From the human T2T-CHM13v2.0 reference genome, Homo sapiens, in the NCBI RefSeq assembly GCF_009914755.1, contig NC_060946.1: a stretch of 64,000 bases of DNA. One strand, given 5' to 3'. A model generated the notes under the pieces. The model saw only the letters and a list, made by a program, of their open reading frames with translations. It searched no databases and was not told where the DNA came from. Made by a program: the position numbers and the translations under genes. Position 1 is the stretch's first letter, and each line of letters starts with the position of its first letter. Positions 12,801-27,540 of the stretch are shown here, in pieces.

Positions 12801-15800
12801 GTCATTCCTTTCCATTCGAATCCACTCCATTCCATTCGATTCCACTGTACTCCATTCAACTCCATTCGAGTCCATTCCACTCCATTCCATTCCATTCCTT
12901 TCCATTCCATTTGATTCCATTCCTTTCGAGTCCATTGCATTCAATTCCATTTCATTCCATTCGATACTATTCCATTCCATTCCATTCCTTTCAATTCCAT
13001 TCGTGTCATTTCCATTCCATTCCATTCCATTGCACTGCATTCCACTCCACTCCACTCTGTTCAATTCCATTCCTTCCCATTCCATTCCACTCCGTTCCAA
13101 TCCAATCCACTCCACTCCATTCTTTTCCATTCCACTCCATTCCACTCCTCTCCACTCCAGTTCACTGCATTCCATTTGATGCCACTCAGTTCCATTCCAT
13201 TCGATTCCATTCCATTCCATTCAGTTCCATCCCATTCCGTTCCATTCCTTTCCATTCCCTTCCATTCCATTGTATTTGATTCCATTCCTTTTCATTTGAT
13301 TCCATTCCATTAGATTCCATTCCATTCAATTCCATTCCATTCTATTCAGTTCCATCCCATTCCGTTCCATTCAAATCCATTCCCTTCCATTCCATTGCAT
13401 TCGATTCCATTCCATTTCATTTGATTCCATTCCATTCGATTCCATTCCATTCCTTTTAATTACATTGCACTCAATTCCATTCCATTTCACTCTATTCGAG
13501 ACCATTCCATTCCATTCCTTTCCACTCTGTTTGATTCCATTCCATTCAATTCCATTCGATTCGATTCGATTCCATTCATTTCCAATCAATTCCATTCAAT
13601 TCTATTGCATTCTGTTACATTCCATTCGAGTTCATTCCGTTCCATTCCATTCCATTCCATTCCACTCCACTGCACCCCACTCCATTCTATTCCATTCCAT
13701 TAGAGTCCATTCCATTCCACTCCATTCCTTTCCGTGCCATTTCATTCCATTCCACTCCACTCCACTCCATTCCACTGCAATCCATTCCATTCCACTCCAC
13801 TCCTCTCCAATCCATTCCACTTCACTACTCTCCATTCCATTCCACACCATTCCACTCCACTCCTATCCACTCCACTCCAATCCTTTCCACTCCACTCCAC
13901 TCCATTCCACTCCACTCCTCTCCAGTCTGTTCCACTTCACTCCACTCCCCTACGTTCAATTCCATTCCATCACATTCCATTCATTTCCACTCCACTCCAC
14001 TCCATTCCATTCCATTCCATTGCATTCCACACCACTTCACCCCATTCTGCTCCGTTCAATTCCATTTTTTCCCATTCCAATCCATTGCATTCCACTCTAC
14101 TCCACCCCACTCCACTCCGTTCAATTCCATTCTTTCCCATTCCATTTCACTCCACTCCATTCCCCTCCATTCCACTTCATTCAATTCCATTCCACCCAAT
14201 TCAATTCCACTGCTTTTCACACCATTCCACTCCGCTTCACTGCATTCAGTTGGATTCCATTCGATGCCATTCAACTGCATTCTATTCGATTCCTCTCTAT
14301 TTGGTAACATTCCATTCTCTTCCATTCCATTCGATCCCATTCCATTTGAGTCCAATCCAGTCCTCTCCATTCCATTTTATTCCTTTCCTTTCGAGTCCAT
14401 TCCATTTCATTCCATTCCATTCCATTCCATTCCATTCCACTCCATTCCATTCCACTCCATTAAACTCCATTAGAGTCCACTGGATTCCACTCCATTGCAC
14501 TCCAATGCACTCCCCTCCACTCCATTCCTCTCCACTCCACTCCCCTAAAATCCATTCCACTCCATTCTGTTCCACTCCACTCCACTCCTTTCCACAGCAC
14601 TGCACTCTACTCCACTACATTCCATTCCATTCCAGTCCACTCCACTCCTTTCCACAGCACTGCACTCTACTCCACTACATTCCACTGCACTCCACTCCAT
14701 TAAATTCCACTGCATTCCATTCCACTCCACACAACCCTACTCCTTTCCATTACATTCCATTGCATTCCACTGCACTGCACTCCACTCTCCTCCAAACAAT
14801 TCCATTGTACTCCTCTCCACTCCACTGCACTCCATTCCTTTCTACTCCATTCCATTCCATCACATTAAATTCCACTCCATTCCACTCCTCTCCACTGCAC
14901 TCCACTCCACTGCATTCCACTCCACTACACTTCACTCCATTCCATTACATTCCATTGAATTCCTCTCCATTCAATTCCATTCCATTCAATTCCATTCCAT
15001 TTGACTCCATTCCATTTGAGTCCATTTGATTCCAATCCATTCCATTCGAGTCCATTCCACTCCATTCCATTGCATTCCATTCCATTCCATTCCACTCCAC
15101 TGCATTCCCCTCCATTCCATTCAATTCCTTTCCATTACAGTCCATTCCATTCAATTCCACTCCACTCCACTCCACTCCACTCCATTCCATTCCATTCCAT
15201 TCCACTCCACTCCATTCCATTGCATTCCACTCCACTTCACCCCACTCTGCTCCGTTCAATTCCATTCTTTCCCTTTTGAATCCATTGCATTGCACTCTAC
15301 TCCGCTCCACACCGCTCCATTCAATTTTACTCTTTCCCATTCCATTCCACTCCACTCCACTCCAATCCACTCCATTCAACTCCATTCCTCTCCACTCCAC
15401 TCCACTCCCCTAAAATCCATTCCACTCCATTGCACTCCACTCCATTCCACTCCACTCCACTCCATTCCACAACACTCCACTCTACTCCATTCCACTACAT
15501 TCCACTCCACTACACTCAATTCCATTCCATTGCTTTCCCTTCCACTCCACTCCACACTACTCCATTCCATTACATTCCATTGCATTCCACTGCACCCCAC
15601 TCCACTCCCCTCCATACAATTCCATTCCACTCCACTCCGTTCCATTCCCCCCTATTCCGTTCCATTCCATTAAATTCCACTCTTATCCACTCCACTCCAC
15701 TCCACTCCATTGCATTCCACTCTACTACACTACACTCCACTCCATTCCATTACATTCCATTGCATTCCACTCCATTTGATTTCATTCCATTCAATTCTGT

Positions 15801-18800
15801 TCCGTTTGACTTCATTCCATTCCAGTCCATTCCACTCCATTACATTCCGTTTCATTCCACTGCACTACACTCCATTTTATTCCATCCATTCCTTTACAGT
15901 CTTTTCAATTCAATTCCACTCCACTCAATTCCACTCCATTCCTTTCTATTCCATTCCATTCCTTTCCATTCCACTCCACTCCATTCCATTCCACTCCATT
16001 CCATTCCTGTCCTTTCCAATCAACTCCTCTCCAATCCACTCCACTTTATTCCACTTCACTCCATTCCATTCCACTCCACTCCACTCCTCTCCAATCCATT
16101 CCACTTCACTCCACCCTATTCCATTCCCCTCCATTCCATTCCACTCCATTCCACTCCACTCCTATCCACTCCACTCCAATCCACTCCACTCCATTCCATT
16201 CCACTCCACTCCTCTCCACTCTATTCCACTTCACTCCACTCCACTACTTTCAATTCCATTCCCTCCCATTCCTTTGCTTTCCACTCCATTCCACTCCAAT
16301 CCACTCCACTTTATTCAATTCCATTCCACCCCATTCCATTACAATCCACTCCACTCTACTCCTCTCAACTTTAACGCATTACATTCAATTGCATTCGATG
16401 CCATTCAATACCATTCCCTTCTATTTCATTCCAATCGATTCCATTTTATTAGACTCCATTCCATTTGAGACCATTCCATTCAATTCCACTGCATTCCACT
16501 GCATTCCACTCCACTCCTCTCCACTCCTTTCTATTCCATTCCACCCCATTCTATTCCAGTCCATTTCATACCACTCCACTCCACTTTACTGCATTCCATT
16601 GGATTCCATTTGATGCCATTCGACTCCATTCCATTTGATTCCATTCCATTTGGTTACATTCCTTTTGATTCCATTCCATTCGATTCATTCCATTTGAGTC
16701 CATTCCATTCCACGCCATTCCATTTCAATCCTTTCCATTCGAGTCCATTCCATTCCATTCCCTTCCATTCCACTCCATTCCATTCCATTCCACTCCATTC
16801 CATTCCATTCCACTCTCTTCCACTCCACTAGAGTCCGCTCTATTCCACTCCATTCCACTCCAAACCACTCCTTACCCCTCCGTTCCACTCCAATCCACTC
16901 CACTGCCATAATATCCATTCCACTCAATTCCACTTCACTCCTTTCCACTCCACTCCACTCCATTCCACACCACTCCACTCTACTCTACTCCACTACATTC
17001 CAATCCACTCCACTGCGTTCCACTCCATTCCATTCCATTGCATTCCATTCACTCCACTCCACCCTACTCCATTCCATTACATCCCATTGCATTCCATTGC
17101 ACTCCACTCCACTCCCCTCTGTTCAACTACATAACTTCCCATTCCATTCCATTTGATTGCATTCCACTGCACTCCACTCCAATCCACTCCTTTCCATTCC
17201 ACTCCATTCCATTCCATTGCATTCTATTCCACTCCAATCCATTCCACTCCACTCCATTGCATTCCACTCCACTCCACTCCACGTCATTCCATTACATTCC
17301 ATTGCATTCCACTCCACTCCACTCCCCTCCTTTCAATTCCATTCCTTCCCATTCAATTCATTTCCACTCCATTCCAAGACAGTTCACTCCACTCCATTCA
17401 TTTCCATTCCACCCATTCCCTTCCAATCCGTTCCCCTCCACTCCACTCCACATCTCCACATTCTGTTCCATTCGAATACATTCCCTTCAATTAAATTCCA
17501 TTCAATTCCATTCCATTTGATTCCATTCCATTCGATTCCAATCCATTCGAGTACAATCCATTTGAGTCCTTTCCATTGGATTACATTGGTTTCCAGTTAA
17601 TTCTATTTCAGTTCATTCTATTTGAGTCCATTCTATTCCACTGCATTCCATTCCATTCCATTCCATTCTATTCCGTTCCATTCCGTTCCATTCCATTGCA
17701 TTCCATTCTACTCCACTCCACTCCAATCCACTCCATTCCATTCCACTCTACTCCACTGTACTCCATTCCATTCTATTCCACTGGATTCCACTCCAATACA
17801 CTCCATTCCACTCCACTCAATTTGATTCCACTCCACTCAACTGCACTCCATTTCATTCCTCTACATTCCATTCCATCGCATTCCACCCCACTCCAATCCA
17901 CTCCACTCCAGTTAATTCTATTCCATTCCCTGGCATTCCACTCCACTTCACTCCACTCCGTTCAATTCCATTCATTCCCATTCCATTCCATTCCCTCCAT
18001 TCCACTCCACTCCACTGCATTCAATTCCATTCCACCCCATTCAATTTAACTCCAATCCACTCCACTCCACTTCACCACATTCAACTGGATTCCATTCGAG
18101 GTCATTCAATTACAATCCATTCGATTGCATTCCGTTCGATTCCATTCCATTCAATTCCATTTCATTCGATTCCAATCCATTCGATTCCATGCCATTCAAT
18201 TTATTCCATTCGAGTACATTCCATTGGAGTCGATTCCTTTCCAGTTCATTCCATTCCAGTCCATTCCATTCCAGTCCATTCCATTCAATTTCATTCCATT
18301 CGATTCCCTTCCACTCGAATCCATTCCGTTCTATTCCATTCCATTCAATTCCATTCCATTCCAGTCCATTCCATTCGAGTCCATTCCTTTCCATTCCATT
18401 CCATTCCATTCCGTTTCATTCCATTCCATTCCATTCCATTTCATTCCATTCCATTCCATTCCATTCCATTCCTTGCCCTTCCATTCCATTCCTTTACCTT
18501 CCATATGATTCCATTCCTTTCGATTCCATTCCATTTGATTCCATTCCAGTTGAGTTCATTCCATTCCATTCCATTCCATTCCATTCTACTCGAGTCCATT
18601 CCATTCCAGTCCATTCGACTGCATTCCACTCCATTCCAAGTGATTCCTTTCAATTCCATTCAATTCCATTCCTTTGAATTCCTTTCCACTCCACTCCACT
18701 CCACTTTATTCCATTCCATTGCATTCCATTCCACTCCACTCCACCCTACTCTATTCCATTCCATTCCATTGCATTCCCCTGCACTCTACTCCACTCCCCT

Positions 18801-21800
18801 TTATTCAATTCCATTCCTTCCCATTCTATTCCATCTCATTCCATTCCACCCCACTCTACTCCATTCCACTCCATTCCATTCGATTCCATTCCATTCCACT
18901 CCACTCCATTCCACTCCATTCCATTCCATTCCTATCCACTCCCCTCCACTCCACTCCATTGCATTCTACTCCACACCACTCCACTCCACTCCATTCCATT
19001 ACATTCCATTGCATTCCTCTCTACTCCACTCCACTCACCTCTGTTCAATTCCATTCCATTGCATTCCACTCCACTCCACTGCACTCACCTCTGTTCAGTT
19101 CCATTCCATCCCATTCCATTCCAATCCATTCCAAGACTCTTCTCTTTACTGCATTCAATTCCATTCCACCCCATTCCCTTCCAATCCATTCCCCTCCACT
19201 CCACATCAACACATTCTGTTCCATTCGATTATATTCCCTTCAATTAAATTCCATGTGATTCCTTTCCATTCGAATCCATTCCATTCGAGTACAATCCATT
19301 CGAGTCCCTTCCATTGGAGTACTTTTGTTTCCAGTCCATTCCATTCCAGTTCATTCCATTCAAGTCTATTCCATTGCAATTCATTCCTTTCCATTCCATT
19401 CCGTTTCATTCTACTCCACTCCACTCTATTCCATTCCAGTACACTTCAATCCACTCCAATCCATTCCATTCCACTCCATTCCACTCCAATTCACTCCACT
19501 CTACTCAATTCCATTCCACTCCACTCCACTGAACTCCATTCCATTCCACTCCATTCCATTCCATTGCATTCCACTCCACTGAAATCCACTCCACTACTGT
19601 CCAATACATTCCATTCCATTTCATTCGACTCCACTCCACTCCATTCGACTCCACTCCACTCCATTCAATTCCATTCCTTCCCATTCCATTCCATTCCGCG
19701 CTATTGCTGGCCACTCCACTCCACTGCATTCAATTTCATTCCACCCCCTTCAATCCCACTCCATTCCACTACACTCCACTTCATCACATTACATTGGATT
19801 CCATTAGAAGTCATTCAATAACATTCCATTCGATTCCATTCCATTCGATTCCATTCAATTCCATTCCATTCCATTCGATTCCATTCAATTCAATTCCATT
19901 CCATTCGATTCCATTCCTTTCGATTCCAAGCCATTTGATTTATTCCATTCGAGTATATTCCATTTGAGTCCATTCCTTTCCATTTCATTCCATTCCAGTC
20001 CATTCCATTTGGTTTCATTCCGTTTGATTAAATTCCGTTTGATTCAACTTCATTCGATTCCATTTCACTCGATTTCATTCCATTCCAGTCCATTCCATTC
20101 GAGTCCATTCCAGTCCATTCCATTCGAGTCCATTCCATTCCATTCCATTCGAGTCCATTCCATTCCATTCTATTCCATTCCATTCTATTAAATTCTTGTC
20201 CATTCCATTCGAATCCATTCCATTCCATTCCTTTCCAATCCATTCCATTCCAATCCAGTCCACTTCATCCCATCCCACTCCACACCATTCCATTCAAATC
20301 CATTCCCCACCATGTCACTCCATTCCATACCATACCATTCCATTCCATTCTATTCCATTCCATTCCATTACTTTCTTTTCCATTCCATTCCTTTCCATTC
20401 CTTTCCATTCCTTTCCATTCCATTCCTTTCCATTCCTTTCCATTCCATTCCATTCCACTCAACTGCACTCCACTCGACTCCGTTCAATTCCATTACTTCC
20501 CATTGCTTTCCATTCCACTCCTTTCCAGTCCACTCCACTCCACTACATTCAATTCCCTTCACCACATTCCATTCCACTCCATTCCAGTCCAATTCACCCC
20601 ATTCCAGTCCACTCCACTGCTCTCAATTTTATTCCATCCCATTCTATTCCATTCCATTCCACTGCACTACACTCCATTTCACTACACTGTATTCCATTCA
20701 ACTCCACTCCATTCCATTCCAATCCACTTGACTCGACTCAGTTCCTTTGCTTTCCATTTCATTCCATTCCATTCGATTCTACTCCACTCCATTCCTATCT
20801 ACTCCACTCCACCCTGTTCAATTCATTTTCTTCCCATTCCATTCCATTCCTAATCCCTTCCACTCTACTCCCCTCCACTGCATTCAATTTCATTCCCCCT
20901 CGTTCTATTCCACTCCGTTCCTCTCCAGTCCAGTCAACATCAATGCATTAAATTCGAGTCCATTCGATGCTATTCGATTCCCTTCCATTTGATTCGATTC
21001 CATTCGATTACATTCCACTTGATTCCATTCCTTTCGAGTTCATTCCATTTGATTGTATTCCATTACAGTCCATTGCATTCGAGTCCATTCTATTTGAGTC
21101 CATTCCATTCTAGTCAATTCTATTCCAGTCCATTCCATTCGAGTCCACTCCTTCCCATTCCACTCCGTTCCAATCCATTCCATTCCATTCCATTATATTC
21201 GAGTCCATTCCATTCCAGTCCATTCCGTTCAATTCTACTCCATTCCACTCCACTTCACTTCACTCCGTTTTATTCCATTCCATTCGATTCCATTCCACTG
21301 CCCTCCACTCCACTTCACTCCACTCCAATCTGCACTCCATTCCATTCCATTCCACTCCACGCCATGCCATTCCACTCCATTCAAATGCATTCCATTCCAT
21401 TCTAGTCCATTCCTTTCCACTCCACTCCATTCCACTCGACTCCACTCCACATCACTCCATTCCATTCCATTCAGTTGCATTCCACTCAGCTCCACTCCAC
21501 TCCATTCCATTCCATTCTATTGCATTCCACTCCACTTCACTCCACTGCACTTCATTCCGTTCAATTCCATTCCTTCCATTCCATTCCATTCCAGTTTTAT
21601 CCATTCAATTCCATTCCAACCCATTCCATTCCACTACATTCCACTGCAATCCACTCCCCTTCACTGCATTCCATTTGATTCCTTTTGATGTCTTTCGATT
21701 CCATTCCATTCAATTCAAATCCATTTGGTTCCATTCCATTCGACTCCATTCCATTCGATTCCATTCCATTCGATTCCTTTCCATTCGACTGCATTTAGTT

Positions 21801-24800
21801 TTATTCCATTACATTCGAGTGCATTCTATTCGAGTCCATTCCATTTTGGTCTATTCCATTAGGGTCCATTCCATTCGAGTCCATTTCATTCCATTCCATT
21901 CCATTCCACTCAACTGCAATCCACTTCCGTACACTCCATTCAATTCCACTCCACTGCATTCCATTCAACTCCATTCCAATCCATTCCACTCCATCGTACT
22001 CCATTCCATTCCATTCCATTCCATTCCATTCCATTCCATTCCATTCCGTTCCATTCCATTCCATTCCTTTTGAGTCCATTGCATTTGAGTCCATCCCATT
22101 CGAGTCCAGTTCATGCCATTCCATTCCATTCCTTTCCAATTCCACTCCATTCAATTCCTTTCCATTCCATTCCATTCCTTTTGAGTCCATTGCATTTGAG
22201 TCCATCCCATTCGAGTCCAGTTCATGCCATTCCATTCCTTTTGAATCCATTCCTTTCGTGTCCAATTCATTGGCGTCTATTCCATTCCAGTCCATTCCAT
22301 TCCATTTCATTTCTTTCGAGTCCATTCCATTCCACTCCATTCCAGTACACTCGATTCCACTCCACTCTACTAAACTCCACTACACTGCGTTCCACTGCAT
22401 CCCACGCCATTACACTCCACTCCACTCCACACCACTCCACTCCAATACATTCCACTGCACTGCATTCTATTCCATTCCATTGCACTCAACTCCACTCCAC
22501 CTCACTCCGCTCCTTTCAATTCCATTCTTTCCCATTCCTTTCCATTGCATTCCACTCCTCTCCTCCCCACTCCACTCCTTTCAATTCCATTATTTCCCAT
22601 TCCATCCCACTCCATTCCACTCCACTCCACTTCACCGCATTCCATTCGATTCCATTCAATGCCATTCGTTTCGACTCCATTTGATTCGATTCCATTCCAT
22701 TCTATGCCATTCCATTCCATTCCATTCCATTCCATTGCATTCCATTCGATTCCACTCCATTCGATTCCATTCCGTTCAATTCCATTCCATTTGATTCCAT
22801 TCCATTTGATTCCATTCCACTCGGTTACGTTCCATTCGATTCCTTTCCATTTGAGTCCATTCCATTCGATTCCCTTCCGTTGAACTCCATTCCAATCCAT
22901 TCCATTCCAATCCAGTCCATTCAATTCGATTCGATTCCATTCCATTCAATTCCATTCCACTCCTCTCCTTTCCCTTCATTGCATTCCATTCCACTCCACT
23001 ACACTCTGTTCAATTCCATTTGTTCCCAATCAATTCCATTGCCTTCCATTCCAGTCCACTCCTTTACACTAAAATCCACACAATTGCATTCCCATCAATT
23101 TCACTCCACTCCACTGCATTCCACACAATTGCACTCCACTCCATTCCATTCCTTTCCATTCCATTCCACTCCACTCCACTCCACTCCATTGCACACTGTT
23201 CAATTCCATTCCTTCCCATTCCATTCCTTTCCACACCAATCCACTACTGTCCACTACATTCAATTCAAATCCATTCCACCTCATTCCATTCCACTCCAAT
23301 GCACTACACTTCAACGCATTCCATTCAATTAGATTCTATTTCTTTAGATTCCATTCCATTCCATTTGATTCCATTCCATTTGATTAAATTCTATTTGATT
23401 TCATTCTGTTAGAGTCCATTTCATTCGAGTCCATTCCATTCCACTCCTTTCCATTCCATTCCATTCCACTCCACTCCACTCCATTCCATTCCACTCCATT
23501 CCATTCCACTCCATTCCATTCCATTCCTTTCCATTCCATTCCATTCCATTCCATTCCATTCCATTCCATTCCATTCTACTCTACTCCACTCCACTCCAAT
23601 CAATTCCATTCCTTCCCATTCCATTCAATCCATTCCACTACACTCCATTCCATTCAATTCCATTGCAGTGCATTCCATTCCACTCCATTACACTCCACTC
23701 CACTCCATTACACTCCACTCCACTACACTTCACCACATTCCTTTCGATTCCGTTAGACACCATGCAATTCCGTTTTGTTCGATTCCATTCCATTCTATTC
23801 CATTCCATTCCATTCCATTGCATTCGATTCCATTCCATTCAATTCCATTCCTTTGGAATCCATTCCATTTGTTTCCATTCCGTTCCATTCCATTCCATTC
23901 CACTCCATTCCACTCCACTCCACTCCACTCCTCTCAATTCGATTCCATTCCATTTCATTCCGTTCCATTCCTTTCTATTCCATTCCACACCATTCTACTC
24001 TACTTCACTCCACTCCACTCCAATTCATTCCATTCCATTCGATTCCATTCCATTTCACTGCATTCCATTCCTTTGCACTCCATTCCATTCCATCCCAGTC
24101 CACTCCACTAAATTCCTTTCCATTCCATTGCACTCCACTCCACTGCACTCCACCACACTCCACTACACTTCATTCCATTCCTCTCCACTCCATTCCATTC
24201 CACTCCACTCCATTCAACTCCACTCTACTCCGTTTCCCTCCTCTCCACTCCAATCATTTCCATTCCACTCCACTCCCGTACATTCCACTCAACTCCACTC
24301 CACTCTTTTCCATTCCATTCCATTCCACTCCTCTGTACTCTGTTCCACTCCAATCCATTCCATTCCAGTCCACTCTACTCCTTTCCACTCCACTCAACTC
24401 CACTCCACTCCATTCCATTCCATTCCAATCCATTCCATTCCAATCCATTCCATTCCACTCCACTAAACTCTACTCCACTGCAGTCCACTCTACTCCACTC
24501 CACTCCATTCAATTACATTCCTTCCCATTCCATTTCATTCCATTCCATTCCCTTCCACTCCACTCCACTCCATTCAATTGCGTTCCACCCCATTGCATTT
24601 CACTCCATTCCACTCCACTCCTGTACACTTCACCGCATTCCATTTGAAGCCAATTGATTCCATTCCATTCAATTACATTCCATACGTTTCCATTCCATAC
24701 GTTTCCATTCCATTTGATTCCATTCCATTCGAATACATTCCATTCGATTCCATTCCATTCGAGTCTATTACATTCCAGTCCATTCCATTTGAGTCCTTTT

Positions 24801-27540
24801 TATTCGATTCCATTCCATTCCATTCAACTCCACTCCATTCCATTCCATGCCATTCCATTCCCTTCCTTACCATTCCATTTTGCTCCATTATTTTCCCTTC
24901 CATTCCACTACAGTCCTGTCCATTCCACCCAATTTCAACACAATCCTGTCCATTCCATTCCATTCTATTCCATTGCATTGCAGTCCATTCCATTCCAAAA
25001 ATTTCCATTCCACTCCACTCCACTCCATTCCATTTCATTCCATTCCATTCCGTTGCATTCCACTCCACTCCACTCCACTAAATTCCGTTCAATTCAATCC
25101 CTTCCCATTTAATTCCACTCCATCCCATTCCAATACACTCGACTCTATTAAATTCCATTCCATCCAATTCCATTCCACTTCATTCCACTCCACTACACTC
25201 TACTTCACCGCATTCCATTAGTTTCCATTCGATTCCATTTGATTCCTTTTGATTCCATTTGTTGTATGCCTTTCAATCCCATTCCGTTCGATTCCATTCC
25301 ATTCGATTCCGTTCCTTCCAATCCCATTCCATTCCATTCCTTCCATTCCATTCCATTCTATTATATTCGATTCCAATCCATTACAGTCAATTCCATTTGA
25401 GTCCATTCCATTCGAGTCCATTCCATTCCAGTCCACTCATTCGAGTCGATTCCATTCCAGTCCATTTCATTCGAGTCCCTTGCATTCCAGTTCATTCCAT
25501 TCCAATCCATTGCATTCCATTCAATTCCACTCCACTCCACTGCACTCCATTCAATTCCATTCCATTGCATTCCACTCCACACCACTCCACTCCACTCCGT
25601 TCAATTCCATTCCTTCTTTTTCCATTCCACTCCACTCCATTCCCCTCCACTCTCCTCCACTCTACTCCACTCCATTCTTTTCCATTCCACCCCATTCCTT
25701 TCCACTCCATTTCACTCTGCTCCACTCCACTTCACCACATTGCATTCAATTCCATTCTTTTCCATTTCATTTGATTCTATTCCATTCGATTGAATTCCAT
25801 TCACGTCCATTCCATTCGAGTCCATTCCATTCCATTCCATTCCATTGCAGTCCATTCCATTCCAGTCCATTCCATTCCTCTCCACTCCACTCCACTCCGA
25901 TCAATTCCATTCCTTCCCATTCCATTCCATTCCATTCCATTCCATGACACTCGACTCCACTCCACTTCACTTCACTCCACTCCAATCCATTCCATTCTAT
26001 TTGATTCCATTCCATTCCTTTCTGTTCCATTCCTTTACACTACATTGCATTCCATCCCACTCTACTCCGTTCCATTCCACTAAATTCCATCCACTCCTGT
26101 TCAGTCCACTCCACTGTATTCCTTTCCACTTCACTCCATTCCACTCCACTCCACTCTATTCCACTCCACTAAACTCCACTCCGCTCCATTGCATTCCATT
26201 CCACTCCACTCCACTCCATTCCATTCCATTACACTCCACTCCTCTCCATTCCATTCCACTCCATTCCATTCCATTCCCAACCACTTCACTCCACTCCACT
26301 CCATTCCATTCCATTCCAGTCCAGTCCATTCTGCTCCATTTCAATCCACTCCACTTCGTTCAATTCCATTCCTTCCCATTCCATTCCATTCCAATCCATT
26401 CCACTCCACTTCAAGCTACTCCATTCAATTCCATTCTACCCCATTTCATTCAACTCAATTCCACTCCACTCCACATCACGGCATTCCATTCGAACCCATT
26501 TGATGCTATTTGATGTCATTTGATTCTATTACATTCCATTCTATTCCATTCGATTCCATTCAATTCGTTTCCATTCCATTTCAGACCATTCCATTCCAGT
26601 CCATTCCATTTGAGTCCTTTCCATTCGAATCCATTCCATTTGGGTGCTTTCCATTGCATTCCATTGCATTCGAATCCGTTGCATTCCAGTCCATTCCATT
26701 CCCGTCCATTCCAACCGAGTCCATTCCTTTCCATTCCATTCCATTCCATTCCATTCCATTCCATTCCACTCCACTCCACTCCACTCTACCCCATTCCAAT
26801 CCATTCCATTACATTCCACCCCATTCCACTCCACTCCACTCTGTTCAATTGAATTGCTTGCCATTACTTTCCATTCCAATCCATTCCACTGCAAACCACC
26901 ACACTCCATTCCATTCCATTCCATTTTATTCCATTCCATTCCATTGCATTCCACTCCACTCCACTCCGTTCAATTCCATTTATTTTCATTCCCTTCCATT
27001 CCACTCTATTCCACTTCACTCCATTCCGTTCGATTCCATTCCACCCCATTCCATTCCAATCCTTTCCACTCCACTCTAACACATTCCATTCCACTCCATT
27101 CGATGCCATTCAATTCCACCCGCTTCGATTCCATTTGATTCCATTGGATTCAGTTTTTTATGTTCGATTCCATTCGATTTCATTTGATTGCATATGATTC
27201 GATTTGATTCAATTTGATTCACTTCCATGTGATTCCATGTGATTCCATGCTATTCCATTACTTTCCATTCCACTCCACACCACTCCATTCAGTTCAATTC
27301 CACCCCATTCCATTCCACTCCATTGCACTCCACTCCACTCAACTTCTCCACTTTCCATTCGATGCCATTTGATTCAAATCATTTTGATTCCATTTAATTC
27401 CATTCAATTCCATTTTTTCCATTCGTTTCAATTCGATTCCATTCCATTTGATTCCATTTGATTCCAATTGATTTGATTCCATGCGATTCCAAGTGATTCC
27501 ATTCGATTCCATTCCATTCCATTCCATTCTATTCCATTCC
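6821..27540 (+). repeat. HSat3 sub-domain B: alternating CACTC-rich and CATTCGA/GAGTC-rich modules
   Basis: First actccactccactcc run is at ~6830. Landmark cttcaccgcatt occurs at ~6967, 10927, 11452, 22630, 24628 and 25203, plus degenerate copies. Confidence 0.75.
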
